Positions 1 to 10,708 of a stretch of DNA of 32,000 nucleotides are shown here, in pieces. A program made the position numbers and the translations under genes. The stretch spans positions 420,001-452,000 of the forward strand of contig NZ_CP065936.1 of NCBI RefSeq assembly GCF_003367075.2, written 5' to 3'. Under the pieces are notes generated by a model. That model did not search any database and was not told the DNA's origin. It was given only the letters and a program-made list of their open reading frames with translations. Origin of the DNA: Cylindrospermopsis raciborskii Cr2010 (GTDB lineage Bacteria > Cyanobacteriota > Cyanobacteriia > Cyanobacteriales > Nostocaceae). How positions within the stretch are numbered: position 1 is the stretch's first letter; every line of letters starts with the position of its first letter.

Positions 1-1023
<1,023 letters not shown>

Positions 1024-1225
1024 CTACTGAATATAGTATAACAGAATGATGCCTGTGCCCAACCTCTTGTATCAAAAGTAAGCTTAAATTTTAACGGTTA
1101 TGTGAACCATTGATAATATTACTCTATATCATAAAATTTTCCTTGGCTTCAATAACAGAAAATTACCCACATTCCTTTTGGTTTTTGGTATAAATAAATC
1201 AGAATGATATTACCAACAAGCTACC

Positions 1226-1750
1226 ATGAAAACTAAACTCCAGGTTAAACTACTCCAGTATATCCTGATTAGGGACAAAACAGCTCAAGGTTTTACTCTG
1301 CTAGAACTACTAGTGGTTATTGTCATTATTGGTATACTGTCCGCGATCGCCTTGCCCTCTTTTTTTACCCAAGCCAACAAAGCTAAGGAATCAGAGGCTA
1401 AAACCTATGTCAGTTCCTTTAATAAAGCTCAAACCCTATACAGGCTAGAAAATACCGGGTTTGCTACCACTCTTAATCAGTTATCAATTACCGTTCCCGC
1501 ATCCACAGATTTTTACAACTACACGATTGGAGGGAGTGGTACTATTACCAACCTTACAGCAAGTACTAAAGACCCTAACTCCCTCAAAGGGTTTAGTGGT
1601 GGAGTAACCATATTGTCAGGAAGCGGACAAACCCAGTCTGTTGCCTGTCAAACTGAACAAGTGCAGCAAGTTCACCCTGTTGTTGTTCCCATTCTGGATT
1701 CTACCCAAGCCAAATGCGATGACACAAAAAATATGACCGCCATGAAATAA
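1226..1750 (+). CDS. Type IV pilin-like / prepilin-type N-terminal cleavage protein
   Basis: GFTLLELLVVIVIIGILSAIALPSFFTQANKAKESEAK is a canonical type III signal/N-methylation segment. Confidence 0.9.
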   Translation: MKTKLQVKLLQYILIRDKTAQGFTLLELLVVIVIIGILSAIALPSFFTQANKAKESEAKTYVSSFNKAQTLYRLENTGFATTLNQLSITVPASTDFYNYTIGGSGTITNLTASTKDPNSLKGFSGGVTILSGSGQTQSVACQTEQVQQVHPVVVPILDSTQAKCDDTKNMTAMK

Positions 1751-1768
1751 TCAAATAAATTATAGCCT

Positions 1769-1812
1769 GAGCCAGAAAGTTTAGTACTGACTAGTCGTTC
1801 TGGCTCTCCCTT
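1769..1812 (+). terminator. Candidate intrinsic terminator after the pilin-like gene
   Basis: GAGCCAGAA (1769-1777) pairs perfectly with TTCTGGCTC (1798-1806), followed by TCCCTTTTAT. Confidence 0.6.
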
Positions 1813-2326
1813 TTATTGATCGAGCGTAAAACCCCAACGCCCCCATGGGTTAGCCATCCTCATAAATAATCGTGCCTCCCTACTTGGCTGGTGGTAGTAA
1901 TTACCGTACAAAAGCTAAAGATTCTCAATTTGAGGGAATATTGTATGATATGCTATGAGAGTTAAAACCAAAACTTAACCATAAAGTTAAATGTTGCACG
2001 GTAGAAAAATCGCCAACACTGCATTATTTTTCTCTTGACCAAAATAATCAGATAGTTTACAATGGTATGTTAGTTATCAGGAGTTAACCTTGAAACTATT
2101 AAGTGACTGTTAAAATCAACGACAATGCTAAAACAAATCCCTAGCAAAATCAGCACAAGTTGTTCAAATCAGTCTAAAACGGTCCTCCATGGACTCCTCA
2201 ACAAACCTCTGTCTACCGCAAGCAAGAAAGCTCAAACACATAGCTTTGTATAAGTTTGAAAACGTCAAATGTTGCACAGTTTTAACTGAGCATTTACTTC
2301 AATAAAATCTGAACACAATCCTGGTT

Positions 2327-2545
2327 ATGACTCAACAAGTGATTCACCACATGGTGAAATTGCAGCGTAATGTTCAATCATTAGTAGAATCGAATATTAT
2401 CAAGCCCAGCGACAGTATATGGAAGATTGCCTTTCTATATGCTGACGAATGGAAATATTGGAAACAAGAGCTACTAGACTTTGGTTTTAGTATGCAAGAT
2501 CCCATCGGGGATCTATTAGCAGTAGAAACCTGGGACGAAGATTAA
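2327..2545 (+). CDS. Small conserved cyanobacterial protein, DUF4327-like
   Basis: 72-aa ORF MTQQVIHHMVKLQRNVQSLVESNIIKPSDSIWKIAFLYADEWKYWKQELLDFGFSMQDPIGDLLAVETWDED. Family assignment is from memory. Confidence 0.7.
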   Translation: MTQQVIHHMVKLQRNVQSLVESNIIKPSDSIWKIAFLYADEWKYWKQELLDFGFSMQDPIGDLLAVETWDED

Positions 2546-2553
2546 AGCCACAA

Positions 2554-3792
2554 TCAACATTCCAACAGTGCTTGAGCCAAATCCTGAGCACTTTGAAAAC
2601 GGTCCCCCGGTAGTGGTTCGGTCACTCTCTCAATCACCTTCTGAATTTTTGGTGTAATGGTCGGAACGTTTTGGACATCAAAACAAAACCCCTTACCCCT
2701 AGGACGAAAGAACTTGAGAGGATTTTGTCCAGTCAATAAAAAAATCAGGGTTGGTCCTACTGCATACAAATCCGACTGGGTCAGCGGTTGTCCCCTTTCC
2801 TGTTCGGGAGCGCAGTACCCCTCAGCACCAATCCTTGTTCCCGATCCAGTGCCAATTTCCTTCACAGCACCAAAGTCCAAAACCACAATTCGATGATTAC
2901 CATTTCTCACCATCAGATTAGCTGGTTTAATATCCCGATGAATCAAAGGTGGGTTTTGAGAATGAAGATAATCCAGAATCTCACAGGTTTGGACCATCCA
3001 GGCGATCGCCTGGGTTACCGTTACCGATCCACCATAGGATACAACTTTTTCCAAATCCTGTCCCTGGATTAATTCCATGGCCAAGAATTTTTTCCCCCCT
3101 TCCACAAAAAAATCATAATATTTAGGGATTCCCGGATGATGGAGACATTTAAGCGTATTTGCTTCTCTCTCAAATAGCTCCTGAGCTTTAGCAATTACGC
3201 TCATGTCTCTGTTCATTTGTTTCAAAACTAAAAGTTGTGGCACTCCCGTAGTTATACCCGCACTGTCCCAAGCTAGATAGGTAGTACCCATGCCTCCCTG
3301 TCCTAAAACACGTAACACTTGATAATGACGTATTTGTTTAATAACAGACATAGGCTGACCACAGTGAACACAAAACATGTTATTGGGTAAATTGCCTTCG
3401 TGTTTACAAGCTAGGGGTGAGACTTGACCTGTAACTTGTGGTGTCATCCAAGAAGGATTGGTCAAGTTGGGTATACTTTGTATTTGGAATCGTACTATAG
3501 GACCACCCTGTGCCAACTGGAACAGGTAATTATCCATCAACCTACATTTTGAAGTTAGCACACCATTGACAAAAGTCCCATTTGTCCCCCGACTAACTAT
3601 TTGCCAGCTATCAACATCTCCAGTTTCCGGGAGTTTTTTCAGTTCTAAATGATACCTTGAAACTAAGTTACTATGTAATACTACGTGATTATCTACAGCT
3701 CGACCAATGCGAATGAGAGTGGCATTCTCGAAACGCCATTCTTGGACTGGAGTTTGGTATTGCGGATCTAAAAGAGTCAGGATAACCAGCAT
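2554..3792 (-). CDS. FHA domain-containing serine/threonine protein kinase
   Basis: N-terminal FHA-like segment (RIGRAVDNHVVL...VSRYHLEL...NGTFVNG), zinc-ribbon-like CKHEGNLPNNMFCVHCG, then kinase motifs LGQGGMGTTYLAWD, HRDIKPANLM, DFGAVKE. Confidence 0.93.
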   Translation of the reverse strand: MLVILTLLDPQYQTPVQEWRFENATLIRIGRAVDNHVVLHSNLVSRYHLELKKLPETGDVDSWQIVSRGTNGTFVNGVLTSKCRLMDNYLFQLAQGGPIVRFQIQSIPNLTNPSWMTPQVTGQVSPLACKHEGNLPNNMFCVHCGQPMSVIKQIRHYQVLRVLGQGGMGTTYLAWDSAGITTGVPQLLVLKQMNRDMSVIAKAQELFEREANTLKCLHHPGIPKYYDFFVEGGKKFLAMELIQGQDLEKVVSYGGSVTVTQAIAWMVQTCEILDYLHSQNPPLIHRDIKPANLMVRNGNHRIVVLDFGAVKEIGTGSGTRIGAEGYCAPEQERGQPLTQSDLYAVGPTLIFLLTGQNPLKFFRPRGKGFCFDVQNVPTITPKIQKVIERVTEPLPGDRFQSAQDLAQALLEC

Positions 3793-3867
3793 GATTAATT
3801 ATATAACTAATTATACAAATATAGATAAGTAATAGACACTAACAACTTATTAATTTAAATTTATCAT

Positions 3868-5235
3868 TCATTTTATTTTTTGTTTCAATCGGTACAAAAT
3901 AGTATTTTTTTCCACCTGAGTCAAAATTTCCTCAATTACAGTATTAGCACCCAACCTTCCCCAGGTGCAGCCATTTTCTAAATATACTTGTGCGGCTTTT
4001 CCTACAGCATAAGCACCATAAGAAGCCACACCGGACTGAGCCAGGGCACCACCAGCAAAAGTAGTAATGTTTATAGAACCTTCACCAGCTACTGCTGCTG
4101 CACTTTTACCCATGCCTAGAACTAAATTGCTAGCTATTTCTGCAAGTAATAGACCACCAGAGCTCAAGAGGATAGTTTTTAATAACCTAGTTGCTTCATA
4201 GCTAGTCATAGGGAGAGAGTATAATCTAGCCAAAGAACGAATTAAAGCCAAATCAGTAATTAGACCACCAATAACATCTAAAAAACCAATGGGATTTAGA
4301 GCAATAGCTAAGGCCTTATATTTACAGAATCGCCAAATCAACGCCTCCGCTTCTTGTTGACGAAAATACAAAGTTTTTTCCGCTATAATTGCTTCCGATT
4401 CCCTAGCTTGTACCAGTGCATTCAAAGCCAAAAGCGATCGCCCTTCTCGATTTAGTATATTCAGAATAGTTTGCTTTAGCTCTTGCACTTGAGGTTTGGG
4501 AGTTTCCCATTCATAACTTATCCTACCATCTGCATATTCCACCCTCACCTCCATAGGTGCAGGTTCAGCGGACACCATCACAATTTCATCTGGTAATAAT
4601 GGATCACTTTCCTGATCACCCGTAGCTGCTCCTAAAACTTGTAAATTGTGATAAATTGTGCTTTTATCCGTATCTGGATACAAATCTATTTTATTGAACA
4701 CTAAAATCAGAGGTTTTTGAGCTTGTCGTAATTCTAGTAAAGCTTGGTACTCTGTTCTAGTTATATCTCCGGATACCACGAACAGAATTAAATCAGCTTG
4801 TTGTGCCACAGTGCGAGCCATTTCTCCCCGAACTTCCCCATTGATTTCATCCAAACCAGGAGTATCAATTAATTCAACACACACCTTAGTACCCGATTGC
4901 CAACGGAGGGAGCGGGGCCATTGAGTGACACCATTAAGAGGTCCTGTTTCCAGGATTTTTTCCCCCAGGAGGGAATTTAACACAGCGGACTTACCACGAC
5001 TGACCAGACCAAAAGCAGCTATTTTGATCAGATTTGAGTCCAGCTTGTGCAGAGTAGCATTGAGGATTTCCATTTGAGGTTTAATCAAACTTGCCAAATC
5101 TGGTCTAGACGACAAGTGTCCTGACTTACGAAGATAGGCATACCAAGATAGAGTTTGTTTGATGCTGGCACGAGCGCGATTTAGATGGGTTTCTTGGGAA
5201 ACTACTCGCGACTGAAATTCCTGCATTGTGGACAA
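3868..5235 (-). CDS. Era/dynamin-like GTPase with C-terminal hydrophobic (DUF697-like) region
   Basis: Walker A GLVSRGKSAVLNSL, G3 DTPGLDE, G4 NKIDLYP, and a hydrophobic Gly/Ala-rich C-terminal region. Confidence 0.88.
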   Translation of the reverse strand: MSTMQEFQSRVVSQETHLNRARASIKQTLSWYAYLRKSGHLSSRPDLASLIKPQMEILNATLHKLDSNLIKIAAFGLVSRGKSAVLNSLLGEKILETGPLNGVTQWPRSLRWQSGTKVCVELIDTPGLDEINGEVRGEMARTVAQQADLILFVVSGDITRTEYQALLELRQAQKPLILVFNKIDLYPDTDKSTIYHNLQVLGAATGDQESDPLLPDEIVMVSAEPAPMEVRVEYADGRISYEWETPKPQVQELKQTILNILNREGRSLLALNALVQARESEAIIAEKTLYFRQQEAEALIWRFCKYKALAIALNPIGFLDVIGGLITDLALIRSLARLYSLPMTSYEATRLLKTILLSSGGLLLAEIASNLVLGMGKSAAAVAGEGSINITTFAGGALAQSGVASYGAYAVGKAAQVYLENGCTWGRLGANTVIEEILTQVEKNTILYRLKQKIK

Positions 5236-5328
5236 TTTTAATAGGTGACCAAATAAGTTTAGTTTATCATGTACGACAAAATCAGTCGGTTAAAAACAGT
5301 CTCCAGGTAGGGGTTAATTCAACCAATT

Positions 5329-5465
5329 ATTTAAGTGTAATGCGGATGTGTTTGTGGCTGGGGACTTATTTTGGTATCCAGTGAAGGGTAGTAACAAAAT
5401 TAAACTAGCTCCCGATACCATGGTGGTGTTTGGGAGACCCAAGGGACACCGGGGGTCTTATCGAC
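5329..5465 (+). pseudogene. Truncated and internally deleted Uma2 (DUF820) fragment
   Basis: TTTAAGTGTAATGCGGATGTG...GGGGGTCTTATCGAC matches the interior of the Uma2 copy at 7883-8791, then jumps directly to the post-stop sequence AATACCCCCGTGAGAAGGG. Confidence 0.85.
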
Positions 5466-5675
5466 AATACCCCCGTGAGAAGGGTTTTCTCAACCTGAGA
5501 TTTTTCTCTACTTAAAGCAGTACGAAGTAACATGGGAGTTTGGAACTGATATTGACACCACGCTCAATGCCCATTTTTGGCAATAGCGATCGCAAACTGC
5601 ATTGCATAACTAAAATAAACAGAATTAATGTTATAAAAAATGGCTTAAAGAAATGTAGACTAAGTGCCATATCCC

Positions 5676-5849
5676 CTTGACTTATGCAAGAAATATGATA
5701 TTATTCAGACGGTGAGGTAATTAATAGCCTCGCGTGGAAATAAAATATAAGTCAAACCATAAGGTGCAGATCTTTGACGGTCTACATGATCTCAGTTCGT
5801 GCCAACCAGACTCACCCACCCAAGTAACTACAAGAGTCGAGTGGTAAGG
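5676..5849 (+). repeat. 173-nt element, copy E1
   Basis: CTTGACTTATGCAAGAAATATGATATTATTCAG...GTCTACATGATCTCAGTTCGTGCCAACCAGACTC...GAGTCGAGTGGTAAGG. Related sequence recurs at 7302, 9019, 14015, 16624 and 18438. Confidence 0.8.
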
Positions 5850-6102
5850 ATTCTCTTACCCCAGCCTAAAAACCTCTTGAAATATATTCAGGTAGCATAA
5901 CCACTCTGGAAGATTGCCTTGACCAATATCTTTTAACCAAGAGCGATCACTCTTCTAAACAAAACCCTGAGAAAAAGCAAGCCTCATACTGCTTTTGTGA
6001 GTGGTGATCGCATTTAGCAAAGGGAGAATCATCAAACTGGTCTCTGATTGTACTGCATCTTTGTGAAACCCGCTATATATTTATTTAATAACTTTCAATT
6101 GA

Positions 6103-6309
6103 ATGCCTAAAAAAATTCGAGAACTAAAGGCAATGTTGTTAAAAGCCGGGTTTATCCAACGGACTGGTAAAGGTAGTCACACAATCTGGATTCACGAAAA
6201 AATGCCAGATATGCCAATAACAATTGCAGGTAAGGATGGTGACGATGCTAAAATCTATTTAGAGAAACAAGTTAAACAAAGACTCGCAAGACTAGAAGAA
6301 TTGCAATGA
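6103..6309 (+). CDS. hicA: HicA-family toxin (mRNA interferase)
   Basis: 68-aa ORF with LKAMLLKAGFIQRTGKGSHTIWIH...ITIAGKDGDDAKIYLEKQVKQ, the HicA double-stranded-RNA-binding-like fold with catalytic His in GSHTIW. Overlaps the downstream hicB start. Confidence 0.85.
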   Translation: MPKKIRELKAMLLKAGFIQRTGKGSHTIWIHEKMPDMPITIAGKDGDDAKIYLEKQVKQRLARLEELQ

Positions 6310-6533
6310 ATTCACATTACAGTATGATTATTTTCTGGTCTCAAGAGGATAACTGCTATGTAGTCCACCTCCCTGACTTCCCTTTTCAAGACATCCACAC
6401 CCACGGGAATACTTATGAGGAAGCAGCCAAACATGGTCAGCAAGTGATTGACAGTTATCTTCAGCTTTATCAAGAAAATAACCAACCTCTACCCCAGCCT
6501 AAAAACCTCTTGAAATATATTCAGGTAGCATAA
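6306..6533 (+). CDS. hicB: HicB-family antitoxin
   Basis: 75-aa ORF MNSHYSMIIFWSQEDNCYVVHLPDFPFQDIHTHGNTYEEAAKHGQQVIDSYLQ. Directly follows hicA with an ATGA overlap. Confidence 0.85.
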   Translation: MNSHYSMIIFWSQEDNCYVVHLPDFPFQDIHTHGNTYEEAAKHGQQVIDSYLQLYQENNQPLPQPKNLLKYIQVA

Positions 6534-6644
6534 CCACTCTGGAAGATTGCCTTGACCAATATCTTTTAACCAAGAGCGATCGCCATCAGTTCAAGCGCGA
6601 TATCACCAACACCGACAGCCTAGCTGCTGAGTTTGTCGCCTTTG

Positions 6645-6735
6645 ACAATTGCAGGTAAAGATGGTAAAGATGCTAAAATCTATTTAGAAAAACAACTTAA
6701 ACAAAGACTCGCAAGACTAGAAGAATTGCAAGGAA
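6645..6735 (+). pseudogene. Duplicated HicA C-terminal fragment, copy 1
   Basis: LTIAGKDGKDAKIYLEKQLKQRLARLEELQ matches the HicA C-terminus at ~6220-6306. The containing 130-aa ORF (6633-7025) then reads through repeats and antisense intron sequence. Confidence 0.8.
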
Positions 6736-6754
6736 CTGTTGCAAAATGCAGAAA

Positions 6755-6912
6755 CGGAGCCATATCCCGTTGGTCTGTTGGGTTTCGTGCCTCAACCCAA
6801 CCTACGATTACCCACGACAAAACCAGTCGGGTACGGAGCCATATCCCGTTGGTCTGTTGGGTTTCGTGCCTCAACCCAACCTACGATTACCCACGACAAA
6901 ACCAGTCGGGTA
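6755..6912 (+). repeat. Two tandem 79-bp units with an internal perfect hairpin, copy 1
   Basis: CGGAGCCATATCCCGTTGGTCTGTTGGGTTTCGTGCCTCAACCCAACCTACGATTACCCACGACAAAACCAGTCGGGTA at 6755 and again at 6834. Hairpin GTTGGGTT-TCGTGCCTC-AACCCAAC. Confidence 0.9.
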
Positions 6913-7186
6913 AGGGTTGGACATCACTATCCTTCCCTCCCCTAAGAACCGGACTTGACAGTTTCCTCCGGCTCAAGCCTTACTTCAAGCCTTTCAACTT
7001 GGGTTTTGAGTGTGCCTGTTTATGAGAGACTGAGTGCAAATACTTCAGGTTTTCTATGTCGTCCAGACCACCTTTTGCAACAGGTACTATGTGGTGGGTT
7101 TCGATTCCATCTCCATTGAGTAGTGGTTCACCGCAGATGGGACATTTTGCTCTCGACCGTTTAGATTTTTGACTTCCACCCCTAGT
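6911..7186 (-). mobile_element. Group II intron 3'-end fragment (HNH end of IEP plus domains V/VI), copy 1
   Basis: Minus-strand frame TRGGSQKSKRSRAKCPICGEPLLNGDGIETHHIVPVAKGGLDDIENLKYLHSVSHKQAHSKPKLKGLK* ends at 6980, followed by GAGCCGGAGGAAACTGTCAAGTCCGGTTC (domain V-like, 6946-6974) and GGGGAGGGAAGGATAGTGATGTCCAACCCTTAC. Confidence 0.85.
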
Positions 7187-7301
7187 CTCTTACAGAGAGC
7201 TAACACTTTCTTTTTCGAGGGTTTGATAAGGAATTCCGTCACGGGTAATTCATTGGCGATCTCCCACAGGGAGTGCTTCCCAATCCCCCTTAACCGCACC
7301 C

Positions 7302-7474
7302 CTTGACTTATAGGAAAAACCTGATATTATATTTTCACGGGTTAAATAACCCTGCCACATACGAATAAAATATCAAGTAAACAATAAGGTGCTGAACTTT
7401 GACGGTCTACATGATCTCGGTTCGTACCAACCAGACTCATCCACCCAAGTAACTACAAGAGTCGAGTGGTAAGG
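7302..7474 (+). repeat. 173-nt element, copy E2
   Basis: CTTGACTTATAGGAAAAACCTGATATTATATTTTCACGGGTTAAATAACCC...GAGTCGAGTGGTAAGG. Confidence 0.8.
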
Positions 7475-7494
7475 GGTCTTTGTCTCAATTTTAG

Positions 7495-7743
7495 ACTACA
7501 ATCAATAATTACCCACAGTTTGAGCAGCGGTTAAGTTTGATAGAGACTATACTAGCAAATAAGTTCCCAGACTTGACCAAGGAGATGATTATGCAGTTGC
7601 AAGTCTCGTTTTTACCAAGAGATTCGGATGGAGGCCCTACAAGAGGGAGAACGGCGTGGGAGAGAAAAGGGAAGAGAGGAAGGACAGCGAAGGAAAAACC
7701 TGAGTCCCAATTTGACCTTGTTACAGTTGTTAGGAACGAATGA
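7495..7743 (+). pseudogene. Remnant of Rpn/DUF4351-type PD-(D/E)XK protein, copy 1
   Basis: TTINNYPQFEQRLSLIETILANKFPDLTKEMIMQLQ resembles the C-terminal LIETIL.YKFP.L(S/T).E..E segment of cyanobacterial Rpn/DUF2887-type proteins. Assignment from memory. Confidence 0.45.
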
Positions 7744-7882
7744 GGAGGAGAGTGGGAAGATAGGTAACGACAGGAGAATTTCTACCGACGGTTTTTTATG
7801 AATTTCCAGGTACATGGGGGTTTGGGACTGATAAGAAGCTATGTAATAGTAAATTAAACCGATTGAGTCAATACCAAAGTGA

Positions 7883-8791
7883 ATGGGAGGTATAGATATG
7901 GTGAGGCAAGTTCCACCCAAAACTCAACTGGGGGTGATAAAATCTAACATTAATCAGGTTGGGGAGACAATCGTCCCTGAAATTGTCTACCCAGAAAGTG
8001 ATGGTGAACCCATGGCGGATAATACTAGGCAATTCACATGGATTGTCAAAATCAAGGAGAATTTAGAAATACTATTTAAGTGTAATGCGGATGTGTTTGT
8101 AGCTGGGGACTTATTTTGGTATCCAGTGAAGGGTAGTAACAAAATTAAACTAGCTCCCGATACCATGGTGGTGTTTGGGAGACCCAAGGGACACCGGGGG
8201 TCTTATCGACAGTGGGAGGAGGATAATATTCCTCCCCAGGTGGTGTTTGAAATTTTATCTCCTGGTAATAGTCAAGATGAAATGGACAAAAAAAAGCTGT
8301 TTTATCTGAAACATGGAGTAGAAGAGTATTATGTGTATGACCCAGATAGAATTAGTCTAGAAGTATCTATTAGGGAAAACAATTCATTTAAAGAGATTAA
8401 GGATTTTAGTGTTTGGACTAGTCCAAGACTGAATGTACGGTTTGATATGACGGGAGATGAATTAGTCATCTACTATCAAGATGGTGGTAGGTTTCTTAGT
8501 CCTGTAGAGTTGAGCAATTATGCAGAACAAGAAAATCAACGTGCAGAACGGGAAAGACTGCTTAAAGAACAAGAAAGATTTCTGAAAGAGCAGGAAACTC
8601 AACGTGCAGAACGGGAAAAACTGCTTAAAGAGCAGGAAACTCAACGTGCAGAACGGGAAAAACTGCTTAAAGAGCAGGAAACTCAGCGTGCAGAACAGGA
8701 AAGACTGCTTAAAGAGCAGGAACAACTAAAGTATCAAACCTTACTAGCACAATTAAAAGCAAAGGGTATTGATATCAGTACACTCGAATAA
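7883..8791 (+). CDS. Uma2 family (DUF820) PD-(D/E)XK endonuclease-like protein with C-terminal heptad coiled coil, copy U1
   Basis: Core NADVFVAGDLFWYPV...VPPQVVFEILSPGNSQDEMDKKKLFYLKHGVEEYYVYDP matches the Uma2/DUF820 pattern. The start may be ATG 7898, preceded by GGGAGG. Confidence 0.9.
   Translation: MGGIDMVRQVPPKTQLGVIKSNINQVGETIVPEIVYPESDGEPMADNTRQFTWIVKIKENLEILFKCNADVFVAGDLFWYPVKGSNKIKLAPDTMVVFGRPKGHRGSYRQWEEDNIPPQVVFEILSPGNSQDEMDKKKLFYLKHGVEEYYVYDPDRISLEVSIRENNSFKEIKDFSVWTSPRLNVRFDMTGDELVIYYQDGGRFLSPVELSNYAEQENQRAERERLLKEQERFLKEQETQRAEREKLLKEQETQRAEREKLLKEQETQRAEQERLLKEQEQLKYQTLLAQLKAKGIDISTLE
8529..8760 (+). repeat. In-frame 21/42-bp coding repeats (heptads LLKEQET-QRAEREK) in U1
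   Basis: CAGCGTGCAGAACGGGAAAAACTGCTTAAAGAGCAGGAAACT repeated in tandem. Confidence 0.9.
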
Positions 8792-9018
8792 ACTATTACC
8801 TGGACCGGAATACCCCCGTGAGAAGGGTTTTCTCAACCTGAGATTTTTCTCTACTTAAAGCAGTACGAAGTAACATGGGAGTTTGGAACTGATATTGACA
8901 CCATGCTCAATGCCCATTTTTGGCAATAGCGATCGCAAACTGCATTGCATAACTAAAATAAACAGAATTAATGTTATAAAAAATGGCTTAAAGAAATGTA
9001 GACTAAGTGCCATATCCC

Positions 9019-9187
9019 CTTGACTTATGCAAGAAATATGATATTATCAGACAGGTAATTAATAGCCTCGTGTGGAAATAAAATATAAGTCAAACCATAA
9101 GGTGCAGAGCTTTGACGGTCTACATGATCTCAGTTCGTGCCAACCAGACTCACCCACCCAAGTAACTACAAGAGTCGAGTGGTAAGG
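9019..9187 (+). repeat. 173-nt element, copy E3
   Basis: CTTGACTTATGCAAG...AAAATATAAGTCAAACC...GAGTCGAGTGGTAAGG. Confidence 0.8.
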
Positions 9188-9195
9188 ATTCTCTT

Positions 9196-9285
9196 ACCCC
9201 AGCCTAAAAACCTCTTGAAATATATTCAGGTAGCATAACCACTCTGGAAGATTGCCTTGACCAATATCTTTTAACCAAGAGCGAT
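9196..9285 (+). pseudogene. hicB 3'-end plus downstream fragment joined to E3
   Basis: ACCCCAGCCTAAAAACCTCTTGAAATATATTCAGGTAGCATAACC...ACCAAGAGCGATC is identical to the end of hicB at 6491 onward. Confidence 0.8.
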
Positions 9286-9390
9286 CGCCCGACTGCTAAC
9301 CAATAATCACCCGTAAGGTGACGAGTTGCCTTTTACTTTAAAGAAGCCATGTTATAGTAAGTTAAACCGATTGAGTCAATACCAAAGTGA

Positions 9391-10341
9391 ATGGGAGGTA
9401 TAGATATGGTGAGGCAAGTTCCACCAAAAACTCAACTGGGGGTGGTAAAATCTAACATTAATCAGGTTGGGGAGACGATCGCGTCTGAAATTGTCTACCC
9501 AGAAAGTGATGGTGAACCCATGGCGGATAATACTAGGCAATTCACATGGATTGTCAAAATAAAGGAGAATTTAGAAATACTATTTAAGTATAATGCGGAT
9601 GTGTTTGTGGCTGGGGACTTATTTTGGTATCCAGTGAAGGGTAGTAACAAAATTAAACTAGCTCCCGATACCATGGTGGTGTTTGGGAGACCCAAGGGAC
9701 ACCGGGGGTCTTATCGACAGTGGGAAGAAGATAATATTCCTCCCCAGGTGGTGTTTGAAATTTTATCTCCTGGTAATAGTCAAGATGAAATGGACAAAAA
9801 AAAGCTGTTTTATCTGAAACATGGAGTAGAAGAGTATTATGTGTATGACCCAGATAGGATTAGTCTAGAAGTATCTATTAGAGAAAATAATTCATTTAAA
9901 GAGATTAAGGATTTTAGTGTTTGGACTAGTCCAAGACTGAATGTACGGTTTGATATGACGGGAGATGAATTAGTCATCTACTATCCAGATGGTGGTAGGT
10001 TTCTTAGTCCTGTAGAGTTGAGCAATTATGCAGAACAAGAAAATCAACGTGCAGAACGGGAAAAACTGCTTAAAGAGCAGGAAACTCAGCGTGCAGAACG
10101 GGAAAAACTGCTTAAAGAGCAGGAAACTCAGCGTGCAGAACGGGAAAAACTGCTTAAAGAGCAGGAAACTCAACGTGCAGAACGGGAAAAACTGCTTAAA
10201 GAGCAGGAAACTCAACGTGCAGAACAGGAAAGACTGCTTAAAGAACAGGAAAAATTTCTGAAAGAGCAGGAACAACTAAAATATCAAACCTTACTAGCAC
10301 AATTAAAAGCTAAGGGTATTGATATCAGCACACTCGAATAA
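9391..10341 (+). CDS. Uma2 family (DUF820) protein, copy U2
   Basis: 316-aa ORF near-identical to U1; subtype markers ASEIV/KYNADV. Confidence 0.9.
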   Translation: MGGIDMVRQVPPKTQLGVVKSNINQVGETIASEIVYPESDGEPMADNTRQFTWIVKIKENLEILFKYNADVFVAGDLFWYPVKGSNKIKLAPDTMVVFGRPKGHRGSYRQWEEDNIPPQVVFEILSPGNSQDEMDKKKLFYLKHGVEEYYVYDPDRISLEVSIRENNSFKEIKDFSVWTSPRLNVRFDMTGDELVIYYPDGGRFLSPVELSNYAEQENQRAEREKLLKEQETQRAEREKLLKEQETQRAEREKLLKEQETQRAEREKLLKEQETQRAEQERLLKEQEKFLKEQEQLKYQTLLAQLKAKGIDISTLE

Positions 10342-10386
10342 ACTATTACCTGGACCAGAATACCCCCGTGAGAAGGGTTTTCTCAA

Positions 10387-10480
10387 CCTGAGATTTTTCT
10401 CTACTTAAAACAGTACGAAGTAAGTCGTCCATGGCAAGGGTTGCTGATTTTGCCCAGTCAGGGTTATAATGTGGGTGCCA
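10387..10480 (+). pseudogene. Rpn/DUF2887-like fragment after U2
   Basis: PEIFLYLKQYEVSRPWQGLLILPSQGYNVGA resembles the EIFLYL.QY....W.AVVI.P.. segment of DUF2887-type proteins. Confidence 0.45.
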
Positions 10481-10708
10481 AAAGTAAGGCGGCTTTATCT
10501 AACGGATTTGAGGGAAAGGCAAAACCTGAGTCCCAATTTGACCTTGTTACAGTTGTTAGGAACGAATGAGGAGGAGAGTGGGAAGATAGGTAACGACAGG
10601 AGAATTTCTACCGACGGTTTTTTCTGAATTTCCAGGTACATGGGGGTTTGGGACTGATAAGAAGCTATGTAATAGTAAATTAAACCGATTGAGTCAATAC
10701 CAAAGTGA

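Noticed and set aside
1988-2277. Repeated AAATGTTGCAC upstream of the DUF4327-like gene (around 1989 and 2268)
   Set aside because: It is only two short matches about 280 bp apart, which could be chance or a minor operator. There is not enough evidence for a finding.
6633-7025. 130-aa ORF MSPLTIAGKDGKDAKIYLEKQ... (also 13346-13738 and 15955-16347) as a novel gene
   Set aside because: It is a chimera of the HicA C-terminal fragment, the non-coding 79-bp repeats and antisense group II intron domain V/HNH sequence.
7087-7299. 70-aa minus ORF MRLRGIGKHSLWEIANELPVTEF... (also 13800-14012 and 16409-16621) as a gene
   Set aside because: It overlaps the HNH region in the wrong frame. The meaningful frame is AKCPICGEPLLNGDGIETHHIVPVAKGG.
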